A DNA stretch of 57,322 nt, the filler included, from Sphacelaria rigidula (taxonomy: Eukaryota): assembly GCA_964200075.2 (NCBI GenBank). It is 5 parts of 5 records of this genome, joined end to end, with 100 filler letters (N's around TTAATTAATTAA, not from the genome) between each part and the next. Parts side by side here need not be neighbours in the genome. Positions count along the whole stretch, not along the records: positions 34,455 to 45,838 come from CAXNAA020004983.1; positions 45,939 to 57,322 come from CAXNAA020004984.1; 3 more parts are not named here. One strand, 5' to 3'. The position numbers were made by a program, and so were the translations under genes. Each line of letters starts with the position of its first letter. Within the stretch, counting starts at the first letter, position 1. Under the pieces are notes generated by a model. That model was not told the DNA's origin, made no database searches, and was given only the letters and a program-made list of their open reading frames with translations. Positions 35,633 to 49,824 of this stretch are shown piece by piece.

Positions 35633-37584
35633 AAACTGGGAAAAACTTACTGTATTGTGTGCTTGATGGATAAGCTAAGGTATGTATGATGCACCTACGT
35701 TGAGAGCTTGGTCAGCTGGAACCATGGTATCTCCTGGTGCTCATACTGAGAGACCCCAGTCACTGCATTAGCTATACACTCCATCTATATCGTAGTTGGC
35801 ATCGACGGTAGGAGTTGGTGTGCGTACCATACAGGACCAAATCCCGCTCGGAGAGAGGAAAGGAAGTCATCTGGCCAGGCATGGGCAGAAGAAGGAGCAG
35901 CTTCATTCCGTCGAAAAATACCTGACTAATGCAATGCACCGTCTTTACCGGAACGGCACATAACAAGGTTTGGGCTGTGGGGGCGCACACCGGGAGCACA
36001 CGAGCAGAGCGAGACCATAGCTCGTGGCTGCAAATGCAACCCATGAATTAATTCGCCCTCCCCCCAATGATTCCTTTGTGGCTCCATGTTTCATTGCATA
36101 CTGCCTACTGAGTGCAAAATGAATCGGATGGAGGAACGCTCGCTCGCCACACGACGAAAAACACTCGAGAAAGTTACAAGTAGGCAAGCACATTTTACCG
36201 CGCGCAGAATCTAGTGCTGAAACAGCGTACACGCAGACACACACTACAGGTGTCTACTTCGTTTGGGGAGCCACTTCCGTGTCCATTCTACCTGGTCACT
36301 CTCTCTACGTACAAAAGGGATTCTACGTTGCCCCCCCCCCCTCCACCCACCCCCCTCCCTCCCCCGCCGAGAACATTGTCGAAGGTCTCTATTAGGAATA
36401 GGAACGGTGCTCCGTCTCGAAAGGGATGCATGCTCGATGATCAAACGACTAAGGCAAGCAAAAAATGAGAACGCCTCCCGCCGAGAACACGGCGTGCTCC
36501 GTCCCGGCTTTGTAGGGATACGAGCTCAATGGTCAAATGACCATGGCATGCAAGATCATTAGTACACCCCCCCGCCCCCGATGCTCCGTCTCGCGAAGGA
36601 TGCGAGATCAATGATCAAACGACAAACTATTGAGTACGCCCCCCCCCTGCCCGAAAACTTCCAAGACGTCTTTTCCGTAGGTGCTGCCCCAAGTACTCTA
36701 GACGTGTCCATGGCGTCAACACGGAAATACAACAGAGAAGCCGACCGATAAGTTGTTGCCAGTTCCCCCACATGAGACCCCCATGCAAGCAAAACCGCCA
36801 AGTATCAGCTGATGAAGTATTTTGTAACTTCCCGCGTGCACTATTTCAGATTGAAAAGTGTTACAAGCAAACATGTGCATATATACACATGGGTCACAAC
36901 TGCCGACACAAGCGAGAAAAACCAAGAAAAGTTGTAAGCTGCGGCTCCTCTCCGCTTCAATATCCTCACCATCCGTAAATACGATAATAACTAGTGTGTC
37001 GAAAACGCTTGTGCTTTCGATGTTTCGGTACAGTGGCACCTCACAGAACAAAGGGAGAACCGAGAGTGGTCAGAAACTGTCCACGCAACACAACCATAAT
37101 ACACTCTGGCTGGTTCAAAAGGCCAACTCCTGCATCTCACAGTGCTGTGCATCCTGCAGTACATGTGCTTAGATTTTCTAGGGACGCACGATACCTACCG
37201 CTCACTACAAAAACACGATGGGACCCTATAGTCAAAATACGCACGGCTCGCGTTGACTGATTTAATTGTCGCACGTTGACCTATCCGCTAAGAATCCAAC
37301 TGTGGTCACAAGATTGCTTTCCCCAAGATAATCAAGCCGAGCACTCGCAGAAAAAAAACTCAGAAAAAGGGTGAAATCGAAAAGAGAGGGGGAATTAAGC
37401 ATTGCCAGGTGGAAAGGGGAAAAACGGCAGAGAAGGAAAGGGAAAAAGACGAGAGGAAATACTGAAACAAATAAAAAACGTCAGGCTACTATCTAGCAGC
37501 AATCTCAAGAATAAATGGCAGGCCCCCGCCCGCATGGGCTTCCGGTATAAGGAGGCGATGCACAAAAACGATACAATTCAAAAC

Positions 37585-37787
37585 GAAACAAGCCAGGCCA
37601 TGAAAATTTGCATTCATCACGCTGTCTTGCTCAAAACAGGCATTTCATCCTCCAACTATGGGGATTCAACACGTCTGTAACCCAAGACGAGCAAGGCTAT
37701 GAAAATTTACATTTGTCACGCTGCCATTGCTCAAAATAGGCAGTGCATTCTCCAAGTATGGGGCAGTTGTTTCACACGTCTGTAACG
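37585..37787 (+). repeat. Diverged tandem duplication of ~100 bp
   Basis: AGGCYATGAAAATTTRCATTY.TCACGCTG..TTGCTCAAAAYAGGCA..CTCCAA.TATGGGG..ACACGTCTGTAAC occurs twice. Confidence 0.75.
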
Positions 37788-38276
37788 TGCGTAAAAAAAT
37801 ATACATGCAACAAACGTCCCCCCCATCTACTGGCTGTTCCGATCAAAGATTATACTGCGTTCGCTTCGGCTGTCACGCATGGTGTCGGCATAGCTTCTAA
37901 GGGTTACTATTGTGACGCGCACCTCACTTTTTTTCACAATTTCTTACTACAACCAACCGCGCAGCAGCAGACAAAAGTTCTTGGTAGTGCGGTGAAGTAA
38001 GCCTGTGTTGGCTTGCAAACGAAGCCTCCGCAGTTTCATGACGGGAGTACATGTATTCGAAAAGTAGTGTGATTGACAAATCATGATTGACGTATGACGG
38101 TCATCACGGGGCGAGGTACCCTTGAGGAACAGGATAAATTTTGCGCTTGTCGATCGATAAGGTGCCTCCGTTATAATACACGCATGGACCGGAGAACCGC
38201 AGGTGCGAAATCCCTCTTCCTGTCTCTCCATCTCTCTGTCGCTTGGAAATGCCTCCTGTTTTGTGGCACACGTAGT

Positions 38277-41200
38277 CTACGTGTGGTAGATGGTACGAGG
38301 GAATGTCAGGCTGTGCCAGTAGGGTGAGATATTCCGCCTCCGGCTGAACTTCTCCTCAAGCGGGTCTCCCCACTGTTGGCGCGACACGGCAGATTGCAAA
38401 ACGCACACCGTCGAAATACATTGCAACATAGAGAGGACGGGTGTGGCACAGGAGTCAGAGGGTATCATCGACAGCAGGCGGGGGTGTTGAGGACAGCAAG
38501 CAGGAACAACAACTTTGATGCATTTTCAAATCAACGAAGCATACCATGCACTGAGTGAGTATGTTCAACTGTTGTGTGGTGCATGAGGTTCATCTACAGA
38601 ACTCGGTACTCTGAAAGGGGGATTAGGGTACTCGAGACTGTCATCAAATGTATATCGGAAAGTTCTAGTAACTCTCTTCTTTTCACCTTGTTCATGAGCG
38701 CGACGTCTCTGGTCGGGTCAATGTTGTGGAGAATCATCTGTAAGTTGTGGTGTGCCCCGCCTGCATTAGACCGAAAAAACGAAGCACATGACAACACCGT
38801 GCAAGGAAGATGGGGACGTATAGGTACACAATGCGTGTTGTTGTGTTGCCATCCCATCAATTCTGGACGCCAGTCTATTCCATTTGGTATGTGTGGGTGA
38901 TTCAGCTAGGGTCACACAGGATGTAGGCCAACACAGGAACGGTTTTTGCGCTTTCTTTATTTGTTTTAGTTGTTCACCTTGCTTCTGCGGTGTTCGCCTT
39001 ATTTTTCATCGCAAGAGAGGTTCAGCGGTCCCTTTCCCTCGTCGACCGCAAAATCGAATTTTGTGTACCCACGACATATTCGTTCTCCACTGTTGGGCAT
39101 AGTGTGAAAAAAAATCCCAGATCATGTGACTGCAGCGAGGTTCGACCCCACGATCCAACCGTCACAAGGTTTCGAGGTTTCCAATTGAGCCACCGGGGCG
39201 ATCGGCTTGGCTGAAAAAATACTCAAAGACGCAGCTAGTGTAGTGTACTTACCCTACCGTGCTGGTGTTGGTAGATTGGGGCCCATGTACAATACACACG
39301 ATATGCCCTGCCTTGGTTGGCAAGTAGTAGAAACACAGGCGGGACAATGATCTGTGGTTTCTTACTGACACGGATACATAATTGCATGTTCGGTGCAAAA
39401 CACCAGCCATGAACAATAGGTTCCACCGTGCAATACTACAAGCCAGTGTAGGATAAATATGACCTGTGCTATGCCTCGCGTAACATGGTCCTCCACGGTA
39501 CTAGATGCACACGCCACAGAAGACTCAAGATACGTTATCAACAGCACAAACTCAGGGGGGTCAGATCCAATTGGTAAGACAACACGTGCAGGCTACCGGG
39601 CACCCCTCGTCCTGTATCTTCAGACGGAAGCCACTAGTAGCAGCCTTGATTCCTGACATTGAGGCAACTGATTCGAGAATCAGTGCAGATGGCTTCACGC
39701 CAAGTCCACACAGTACCTGAGCAGAAAATCATTGAGATTGGCTGGGGCGTGCTAATCGAAATTCAGATTTGTTTGAAATCATCACGCGTTCATTGTTTAC
39801 GTATTCTGCGCAGAGTGCAGCAGCAGCGCATCGACCGACTACTTACCGCTGTTCTTCAGCATCTTCTTCTCGACGAGGTGCTTGTTGCTAAGGCTAAGCT
39901 CCACTCCCATGTGCCTGAACCCACCCGTAGTGATGAACCAGAACCAGTCGGGAGGCACTGCCCAGACATATCGTCACAATATCAAACAACGAGAAAATGA
40001 ACCCAGGGCGGACAAAATTCAGGCTTGGCAGAGAAACGCGGAAGACTGTTCTCAAGCGCAGTAAAGTGTCAGTGACGATGAATGGTGGAAGTTCTGAAAC
40101 ACGCGATGTTAAATGTAACGGACTACAACACAAATACTATGAAGTGAGGCACGAGCGGCGAGCGTTGGCGATACACCGCTTCGACTCCATATATCTTGGT
40201 GTAGGACATGACAATCATTTGATGATGTCGGCATGTAGAACATAGGTACCACCAAGCTTGAAGATTGGATAAAATCGGACGAAAGACTTCACACTCGGAA
40301 GCAAGCTCGACATACTGCATGTGCCAGTTTAAGTACTCGAGGTTATGCTTTCGTAATACACCATATTCAAAATTCGTGTGGCGCGATCCATGCGATAGGT
40401 AAAGGTTGGACTCCAGTATCACGACTTTATGTGTGATTCAAACGCCCGATTCGCTGAAGCAAGCAAAGACGCAATTTACGATTGAATCGCGAGATGTTTA
40501 GGTTGTGCGGTGAGGAAACGTGACACTCTTGAACGCTCACCATCAGTCAGGTTCTTCGAAGTAGCCCACGATTGAATCCCGAGATACGTAAATTGTGCGC
40601 TGAGACAAATCGATGCTCTGTAACACATGTTACCATCCGCCACCCCTTTGTGTTATTTGTTCTTGATGTCCGATCCCGTTGCCTAGCTGTTGCCCCCCTC
40701 AGACGTTTGACATCTGCATGCGCGTGATCCACGCAAGCTCAAAAAAACAAATTTCAAGGTACCCGGAACAGAAACCCGAGCTTACTCCTCCTCTTCAACA
40801 GTTTTGTTTTGATCCCATATTTGCACCAGGACACGACGGACGGCGGAAAGAAGTCACTTCGTGGCTTTTGGTGACCTCCCCTTCCCCTGATAGTGCGTAT
40901 TACAGCAGGAGATTGACCCAACACACTCGGAACGATCAGTACCTCTCACCCGCCCATAAGAAGTAAAATGAAAACACCAAGCGGCGGACAATGGTCGAGC
41001 ATTACTGCCGAGCCCGCACAAACGTTTCCTCTCTGTATTCAGACTTAGAGCCAACAAGGTACAATGCGAACCCTGGAGGCGGCAATCGCAGAAAGAAGTA
41101 TACTCGTCCGGAATCAAAACAAGAACAGTCCCCCCTTTATACTGGAAGAACTAAGTTTCTTCGCCATTTCCCCCCTCCATCACTCACAATGGACAATCAA

Positions 41201-44200
41201 CTTTTCCCGAATTGGGGGCGCCATTCGTGTAATAACCCAATACGAGTACCATTTTTTCTTCTGCGATTGCCGCCTCTAGGGTTTGCAATATACCCTGTCG
41301 TCAGAGCTTGAGTCAAGAGAAAAACATCTTGTGTTGAGCCGGCAGTACAGCTCGACCGGTGTCCATCGCGGGGTGTTTTCGGTTTCACGTCTTGAGGTGG
41401 GTGGCACACACTGGTTCGAGCACCCTTGTCGCCTCTGCATGCAGAACAAAACCACCGCACCCCAACGATCCCCCCCCGAAGTTTCGAGGACAACCGTTAC
41501 GGTTACGGTTACGGTTCAGGAATCGAACCCTCAACTTCATCGATGAAAATTGTGTTTTGCACGCATCTCAAGGACCGCAGGACGCGCGGTCTCTCATGGT
41601 TAAAAACACCCGTTGGTTGAAGCAAGGTACGGTCGAGATGCGTGGCCAGCCCGGCAAGACCGCCGTATGGTCGCACCCTGCACTACACGCACCGGTAGAA
41701 AATCGCACGTTTCAAAGGATCGCACTTTGGTGGGCGCTTCACCGTTACGCAGTTACACGCGATGATCATTCTCTCTTTCTGGGGCACACCGTATTCAAAG
41801 CCACGTGTCTTGCTACTATAAACACAAAACACGCTCACTGTTACAGATGCTGTCGACCGGGTTGGTGAGTCTCAACACACGGAGCTTGGGGTGGAGTGTC
41901 GCCGCCCTTTCCGCGAATCTGGCGTTGCCGACCTTTGGAGAGGCGAAGGCGATTGCCGTCACGGGAACATCGCCTGACACACCGTGATGTGCCAGGTCCA
42001 TAGCACAAAGCTGCGCAATGGCTTTGAATGTAAAAGTAAAAAAGAGGGAAAGTGGGCGGTAGGGTGCACTATCGGACGATGGATCGGCGGGAGAAGAGAA
42101 CGTGGAAGTATAATTCGATCCTATGGGTGTAGCCTTACAATCAGTCATGTAGAATGAAACTCTCTCGAGACGACCGTGGCTGCAGTACTTCGAAACACAA
42201 TAGTGAGCACTGGACGGGGAAAAGCAACCGTGGCCGCGAGCGTTTTTGAAAGAGGCTATTCAAGTGCGCGCGACACTGTGTACGTGAAATTCAAGAAACA
42301 AGGACCACACGCTGACGTACATTGGAAAAAGTGATGACTTTGTATTGGCACCCGCAGCACTAAAGATGGAACACGACTTCTATCAAAGGCCTCGGTGACT
42401 GCAACTCATACATTTGCACGACAGTTACTCAACTATTCCGACCCAAAGCTCAATTGATACCAGTATAGGGCAACTTATTTTTCGGTCCAACAAGTGCGAT
42501 CAGCTGCGTTGGATGATACGCATCTCCAGCCAGCACTACAGCGATTTCCTCCGTACTGACAGCATCGGGAAAATTTCAGGAAGACGACCACAATCCCCCA
42601 CGACTCGTTGTCGCTACATGACTCTTCGTCTCAACATTTGCCATTCGGCAGCTCGAGCTTGCCTCGAAAGGTGCGCAGGAATTCTGCCGGCTATGTTTGA
42701 TGCAGATTGTTTCCGTGGTGCCAAACACTCACCCCCACCGAGGCTGTGACCAACACAAGTGATTTTGTCGAGGGTGTCCTTGTGCTCCTCCACCAGACGG
42801 CGAACCGTAGTTTTGGGACTTTCCTTGCCCTCGGGGGTCTCTTCGTATAGCTGTTGGAAGCCAGCGTGTACCATCAGATCCTGCCAGAGTGTTCCGAGTA
42901 CAGAAGGCCGAAACGCGCGAATCAACGTTTCTCGTGGCGGACGAATATTCTCGGGAATATTTCCTCATATTCCCGGGTCAAATGCTTCAGACTCCCTTCG
43001 CTGTGGGGAAAGGACAAAAGGAAGCACCTATATCCATATGGGATGCGCATGTAAAGCGGGCATCCGGCTATGATTGGGGTCAGTCTCGTCCAGTAAAAAC
43101 ACCCTGAGGGTGAGCGATCTTGAGGGGTTTTGACAGCGAGTAGAGTACGGTAACACTTGACCACACATATCCGTAGGACTCGCGCGAGTAGGTCGTGCCA
43201 TCTGTTGCACACTCCGCGGAGAGATGAAGGAGCCAAGCCAATAAATCTGGAAAAGAAGGTGTGTAGTCAGCGTGAAACCGCGTTTAACCCAGCGAACTTC
43301 TGCGGCATGGGAAAGGTGCCGAAAGGCACGGGAACACCATCACAAGCACAGTTCGTCGCCACCCCTGGTTGCGTTAATTGCTACTGTACTGTGTTTACTG
43401 CTACTGCTGGGTGCCGATGGTGGTGTGTGTGCGCTCCACGGAGACTGTTCACACTTTGGCCGCGATCAGAGGCCATCTGTTGAATGAGCATCAACGACAC
43501 TTGAATCATGATTGAATGACCGGATGATCTTCCCCCGTGGTCAAAGGGCCAAATAATGGTGTACTGCGGATTGTTTTGTGCTTGTACCCGTCTGTAGCGA
43601 CGTACTCCGCATTCACGTGCATGTACCGGACACGAAGAAGTGGTCAAAGATATGAATGCCAACCCCAACTCTTGCACGCGTACGGGGGCCCGACAGTTCC
43701 GCATTTTGACGGAAGTGTTTCACGAAAATACCAACCATACCTGCATCGAAAAATGTCCACTAATATTCGTGACCCGAAGATGTGCTCAGATACGACACGG
43801 TAAAGCCTACTCTATTACTCTTCGTTTGCGGAGAAATCTACCAATATCAAGACAACTACGGCGGGACACATCAGGGGGGGTAAATGAAGCACGCCATGAC
43901 CTCCGGGTCGAACGGAGGAACAATGGAAACGTCAACAGTCGTCACTCTCCGTTATATCGTGCGCCGCATTTTGCGGTCCCCGTCTTATCAGCGCGCTGGC
44001 GATGCCCACTCTCCAACCTCGAAGTAGCTCGGTTCCATTCCACCACGTCGCCAATTAACACACCACTTTCAATCTTCATGTGCTGTATACGACTGCTTCT
44101 CGGCAGTGAAGATAAGACCCGAAGTATTCAAGGTCACAGATGATCCGCTGTGTGTGCGGGCGTACCCTCCGCCCCTTGCACCCACATTTCGCAGCATCGC

Positions 44201-44999
44201 ATTCACAAAAGTAAGGTACAGTAAAAACAAGAGTGAGAGAACACTTCTGCCTATTTACCTCCCAGTCGCTCCCGCAGAATCTGAGCATGCATCACCCACC
44301 CGTTCTCACCTTTCTGTTCCAGATTTTATCCCAGCCTTCCTCTGCCACCGTGCCCCTCAAGTGTTCCATGGTACAGGTGGCATTCTCGATCCATTCGAAG
44401 GTGGTTAGCGTGCCTCGGAATACGATCACTAGCTACGACGAGCCCCACGGTCCACAGGGATGTATCATGTAGAGCATGTATGCAAGAGGATGTGCACCCA
44501 ACGGCAAACGGGTCTGTCAACGTCGATTCAGTTGGTGTACGTTTTTTCATCACTTATTGGCTCATAGGCAGTCTCAGTTCATTAATCCGCAACGAGCCCA
44601 GCCGCGATAACAACATAGGCGCGCCAAGGCTAATGGGCTTCCCTTCATAAAACATAGTGTGGGGGAATATGCGTGCGTGCGTCGTCCCTCTGTGTTGTGG
44701 ATGATATCACGCTCGAGTGCATCGATGACAGCGACAATAGTGCGCATCTTTACTACGGTGACACGCGCTGCACAAGAAGAAAAATCATTTAATGCCACTG
44801 AACATGCATAATGCGCGTTACCCATTTGTTGACACGCATTCCGAGATGGACGAACACAACCGCCAACGGGTGGTTCTACTAGGGTTCCGCATATCGTGTG
44901 AGTCACCTCAGTTTTGTCGTTGGAGAGAGCTACGAACCCGAACCAGTTGTCCTCGTTTCCAATGAAGAAGCTGCTCGGGCTGGCGATGATCATGCCCAC
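38277..44999 (-). CDS. Class 3 lipase / phospholipase A1-like protein (5' end not identified)
   Basis: Phase-consistent exons 44907-44999, 44310-44432, 42733-42880, 41839-42021, 39847-39957, 38687-38760, 38277-38372. Motifs: NWFGFVA, IVFRGT..EW, VHAGF, VGHSLGGA (nucleophile elbow), FASPKVGN, TNPVD, HMGVEL, HHNLQ, RDVALMNK; ends in TAG. Confidence 0.9.
38835..39206 (-). mobile_element. tRNA-derived SINE, second copy (in a lipase intron)
   Basis: Reverse complement reads GCCGATCGCCCCGGTGGCTCAATTGG...GGGTCGAACCTCG and is colinear with 7023-7423. Confidence 0.75.
41054..41298. mobile_element. MITE with ~55-bp inverted termini (lipase intron)
   Basis: ACAAGGTACAATGCGAACCCTGGAGGCGGCAATCGCAGAA versus TTCTGCGATTGCCGCCTCTAGGGTTTGCAATATACCCTGT. 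Confidence 0.75.
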
Positions 45000-45434
45000 C
45001 TACACTCAGTAATGAAGACGAAAACAAGATGCGTGAGCAAGGGGCCTTACAGACTGCAATACGTTATTCACCGCCCCCGATTCCCGAAAACCTCATTCTG
45101 GGCGACGGCGACGGCGGGGGGGGGGGGGTACCCCACTTCGGAGGGGTAGGTACCCCCCTGATCAGATGTAAAATGACGATAGTAGGTACTGTACAGTGCA
45201 GCACGTTCATGAACGGCTTTTCCCGGCTTGTGCCAGACCTATATACAAGTTGTGTATGCTATCGCTGCACGGCAGGTGGTAGGAGTACGTCGAGCCTTGG
45301 CTGAGCAACGTTTAGGCAAGTCGAGAAGAACATGTCCGCATACTCAGGCAGTGGCAATGAAAGCGCTGGGGGTACAGGCGCTGGAAGTGTGCCAGAGGTC
45401 TCGCAAGAATTACAAGGGGTGAACGCAAATTTGT

Positions 45435-45660
45435 TGTGTCTGTGTTTGTGTTGTCATCTCATCTGTTCTGGACGCCAGTCTACACCTTCTGGTATATATG
45501 GGCGCACGAGCCGGGGTCACACACGAGGAAGGCTAACACAGAAGTTTTTTTCCTTTCTATTTGTTATAGTTCTCCACCTTCCTGCTGCGTTCCTTCCCTC
45601 ATTTCTCTTTTATCGACACAGGGGTTCAGCACTGCCCCCTCGTCGACGGTGAAGTCCAAA
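45435..45660 (-). mobile_element. 5'-truncated copy of the same SINE
   Basis: Shares the 3' part (GTCGACGAGGGGG..GCTGAACCCC..CCCATATATACCAGAAGGTGTAGACTGGCGTCCAGAACAGATGAGATGACAACACAAAC). Confidence 0.7.
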
Positions 45661-45838
45661 TTTTTTTGAACAGATTACGCCAGCATGGAAAAGAGTACAG
45701 AACTGTGACTTGTTGGCTAATTTCTGTAGCGACACCATCTTCACAAGATTCTCATTTGTCGCTTCTACCTGTGTTGCTGTGCAGTACGCCGACCTTGAGA
45801 GATTGCCCCTCGACACAGCTGTCCGGACGCGGGCACTG

Positions 45839-45938
45839 NNNNNNNNNNNNNNNNNNNNNNNNNNNNNNNNNNNNNNNNNNNNTTAATTAATTAANNNNNN
45901 NNNNNNNNNNNNNNNNNNNNNNNNNNNNNNNNNNNNNN
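45839..45938. other. Artificial contig spacer
   Basis: Same N44-TTAATTAATTAA-N44 linker. Confidence 0.97.
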
Positions 45939-46035
45939 CAAAACAAATTTGGACAATCATTGAGAAACTAGGAAATTACGGATTTTGCATACTTCTGACC
46001 CTGACTACTGTAATCCGGAACAAGTACTCTCGTAC

Positions 46036-49000
46036 CTGGCAGCCTCGGCCGGTGTCTGGAGACGATCTGTTGCCTGCGCTCGTGCCTCGTACGCGAGCTC
46101 CTGTCATGTCCATGTTTGTAGATGAAAGTGAACACCACGAATCTAGCAAGTGGTGCACGATGAGTCGAGACTACGGTGCAATGCATGATGCGACATAAAA
46201 GGAGCGCTGTTGCAGTGGGTCATGGCACCTGGCCGGTAGCCAGTGAAGGGCACCAGGGACCGAAAGCAACAGCCCCCGCATGACCCTTGCAAGCATGTCA
46301 AGGCAGCAATGCTGCAGTTGCGGTTGAGTTGCGACCATCTACCCTTCTCCACAATACAATGTCTTACCCTCATGATAAGATCATAGTCGTCTGACTGGCC
46401 CTTCTGACTAGCAAGCGTGCTCTTGCTAGGCCTTCGGTTGAGTAAATCCAGCAGCTCGCCCATGCCCTCGTCAAGTCGTTCGCGCTCGCTTTCTTGCTCT
46501 TCCTTGCCCCTTGCCTTTTCCAGTTTCCTCTCCTTGCTTTGAGCAATGATTTCATTTAGCAGCTCTTGGCGCGTCTTTTCTCCCTGATTAATCCCGTGTC
46601 AGCAGTTGTGCATGAGACAGCGAAAGGCATGTCTGAATCATGTTGAACAAGTGTCGAGCTTTCTCTCATGGTCATGGATCAATTTGACTGGCACATCCCC
46701 ATTGCGGGCCCCATATTAAGCCAGTCACGACGGGAACAACTTGCTAGGCATGCATGCTGGAACTTTTGAAGAAGCTTACCGTGGGTTGAGAATAAACGAG
46801 TACAGCACCGAACGACATTACGATCGTCATGACTTCACGGTCCATGGATACCATACCTGTTGGGCATGACGCCTGTCTCCCGCATCGCCGCCAAAGTGAA
46901 GCCGGTCCACCACTTCTGCGTTGAGGTCGTCGTCTTCGTCAGATCGCTGGTAATCGTGCAAGTCATTGCCCAAAGCTCGACCGCGGTGTGTCAGCGTTTC
47001 ACCCTCTTCTGTGTCGTCGCCCAAGTTGAACATATTCCGACTTCGACTGCGCTGGTTCCTCTCTTTTTGCATCCTTGCCCACATCTTTTCCTCAAGCGCT
47101 AAATTGGCATCATCCTCGCCGAACCTCAGAGATACAGGACAACCCCAGGAACAAAGCACGGCGCGAATTGCAACGGGCGACGCTTCATGGTGCGCACATG
47201 GCACACGAACCCTTTACAGCCTCGGGCTCACGGAGGACCAAACGCGCAATTTTCCAGTCGTGAGTGTGGAGAATGACCCAGTTAAACAAAAGCGTGAAGT
47301 CAGTGTGGCTTATCTGCTATATCAATTACAATCCAGTCCCGTACAGCAGAGTAGAGCAGAGCAGAGCAGAGCACAGGACTGTACAATATAGTACTTACTA
47401 CATATGCTTCTGTGTCCGGACTTGTCATCGATTAGGCGTGATTTCCACGACGATGTCAAAGCAGCAGCGACATGTCTTGGCGCGTATTCGAGTCAAAAGT
47501 ACAACGGGCCGACAACAAGCGTATCTATCCGCAGAGATATGTGCCAGTCGAATCCATGTATCTTAAGGCTTTACCCCGGCCAGGTTGCTACCAGTGGAGG
47601 AGGCACAAGCACGAGCGGTGGGTTATGCCGTTACTGTCTCTAAGTTGTCGCGTGAGCGTAGTTCTCCCCTTCTTTTCCCTACTGCTTCTTAGCGTGTCTC
47701 CCACATTGATGTGTTTTACAAGTGCGTTAGCAAGGGATGGATGCGGAAGACATACCCGGGGAGGCCTGAGATTTTGCGATTTCGGCGGACTGATTTGCAG
47801 TGGGACAAAACTTATTTGGTAATCACCGATCAGATCGCTTTATTCTACTTGGGAATTGTCAGGGGAGTAGTCGAAAACCCAATGTTCGTGCGGTTTAATC
47901 TCACGGCCAATGACGCCCGCACTCACATGTTGCACTACAATACAAAACAGTACAGTATTCTGCCCGGGCGCACAGCACCAGCCAAGTGTAGCAGCAGCGG
48001 GCAGCGCCTTGCTCGTTTTACGCAAGACGAAACAGCCAACAAACCATGAAGTTTTCAACAGTGTGCAGCCAGCACTGCGTGCCGACGAACATTATTTCTG
48101 CAGAGACGAACACAACGACAATATCGCAGCTCAGGCAATCCAGCCCGTCTTCGCAATGCGTCAACACATCACAGCATAGTGACAGCTCTAACACATGAGA
48201 GAGGGCGAACGTGTTTTTTCTGCGGTACAGTGAAACAGGACACGTCCCATGTTTTAGTCATTCCATGATTTGAACAGGTCCTCAATTTCGGGCGGGTGTC
48301 GAGTTTGAACGCTCGGCCATAGTCGTACTTCTTTCAATTCACTTTGGGTTACCCCAATCTGTGTGTGGGAGATCTGGCTTATGTTGCGGGCTTCGCCCAC
48401 TAAATCAATCAAGTATATTCTGCCCCGATACATGGTCAGATTGCCGCGATTTTCACACTAAAAACGGGGCACAAAAAAATGCATGTAAAGTAGATTCAGC
48501 TTTCGAATAAGCGTTTTTTGCCACGCAAAACCTGAGCTACTCTCAACACGTGCCGCCTTTTGAAGGGTAGTGGCATCAGTGACTGGGAACTTTTCCGAGA
48601 GAAGCGAAACCAAATAACCGACTAGATTTTAGTGGCTGCTCGCTCGGTCTCTCGCCGTCCACCGATATGATTGGCTCATCAGCCGAAAAAGTGCAGACAC
48701 CTCATCGACTGGTGTACAGTATTGGACGCCTGAACTATTTTCTTTCATAAGGATTCTTCTCGCGACTACTATTCGATTGAACTCGAGAGTGCTAGCGTCG
48801 GTAGATTTTGGTAAAATAAACAGATCGTCTTCCCCTCCCAGTGCCTAAGTAGGTGTTACTTAGCGTTATCGGGCGATACGATAAAATATGCCGTTTATGA
48901 GGAGGGTGTTAGTGACAGTGAAACACAGTTTTTCAAGAAAATCGCCTGTTACAAATAATTTACCAAATGAAAAAATAGTTCATGCGCCCACTACTGCAGT

Positions 49001-49824
49001 GAAGGTCCCAGGCTCCACAATGGAGGGTTGAACCGGTATTGGAGATAATCCAGAACCCAGCTGTCAAAAATCACATGTGTCCTCGGACCACGTCCGCTGA
49101 ATAGGTGAGCGGGCTGCGAACACCGTTATGTAGATACCATATATCGAAAGAGGATGAGTGACCGTGAATTACGGGATATAACACCCCCCGTGGTGAGTAT
49201 CTCACTGCGTGTTTTTCGACATCTGAATCCAGCACGCCGCCAAAAGCTACCTGGTTGAACGCATCCCGTCGTAGTTCTCCTAGGAGTAGCATCTTCCGAA
49301 GGTGTAGGGTTTCGGTATCTCGAGAAATGCGATCCCGAAAATCCATCGCGTAGCGTGTTGTACTTACTGTACTGTGTTGTAAGGACCGAACGAACATGAA
49401 GCGTTACACTGGAGACTACAGGAGAGCACAACACAAAATGGCGTGGCGCAGCGCAGGGCGGGGTGCCTTGCCTCGTTTTTTGAAACGAATACGGTATACT
49501 ACAACTACTACATCTCATAATGGAATGAAATATAGTGTAACAACTCTCACAAGCAACTCCCAAAACGGAATATATCGGGCACCTTCGGTCCCGGAAAGAG
49601 TTGGCCTTGTGGCTGCGCTCGTAGTCCACAAGGAGGGTTTTCTCTCTGCGCTGGGTGGCCTGACCGCGAGCCCTGGCCACGTTCCTCTTTTCGCCCTTGA
49701 CTTTGCGATTGAAGACATCGTGTTTCTTGTGAGTGATCCCGCGAGACTCGAAAGGGTTATCTGCAACAATCTCGAGCGACTTGGCAGACTTGCCCACCAC
49801 GGATTTCCGGTGGGCACTCATCAT
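46036..49824 (-). CDS. NOP14: Nucleolar protein 14 (SSU processome), 5' four exons; the rest lies beyond the contig edge
   Basis: Exons 49583-49824, 46857-47124, 46368-46583, 46036-46100 join in frame: NPFE..KKHDVFNRKVKG..RREKTLLVDY..KANSFRDRRFGEDD..EEKM..FNL..LTHRGRAL..KTRQELLNEIIAQSK..DDYDLIMRELAYEARAQATDRLQT, the Nop14 N-terminal signature. Confidence 0.9.
48717..48996. mobile_element. Tc1/mariner-like MITE in NOP14 intron 1
   Basis: TA-CAGTATTGGACGCCTGAACTATTTT ... AAAATAGTTCATGCGCCCACTACTG-CA. Confidence 0.6.
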
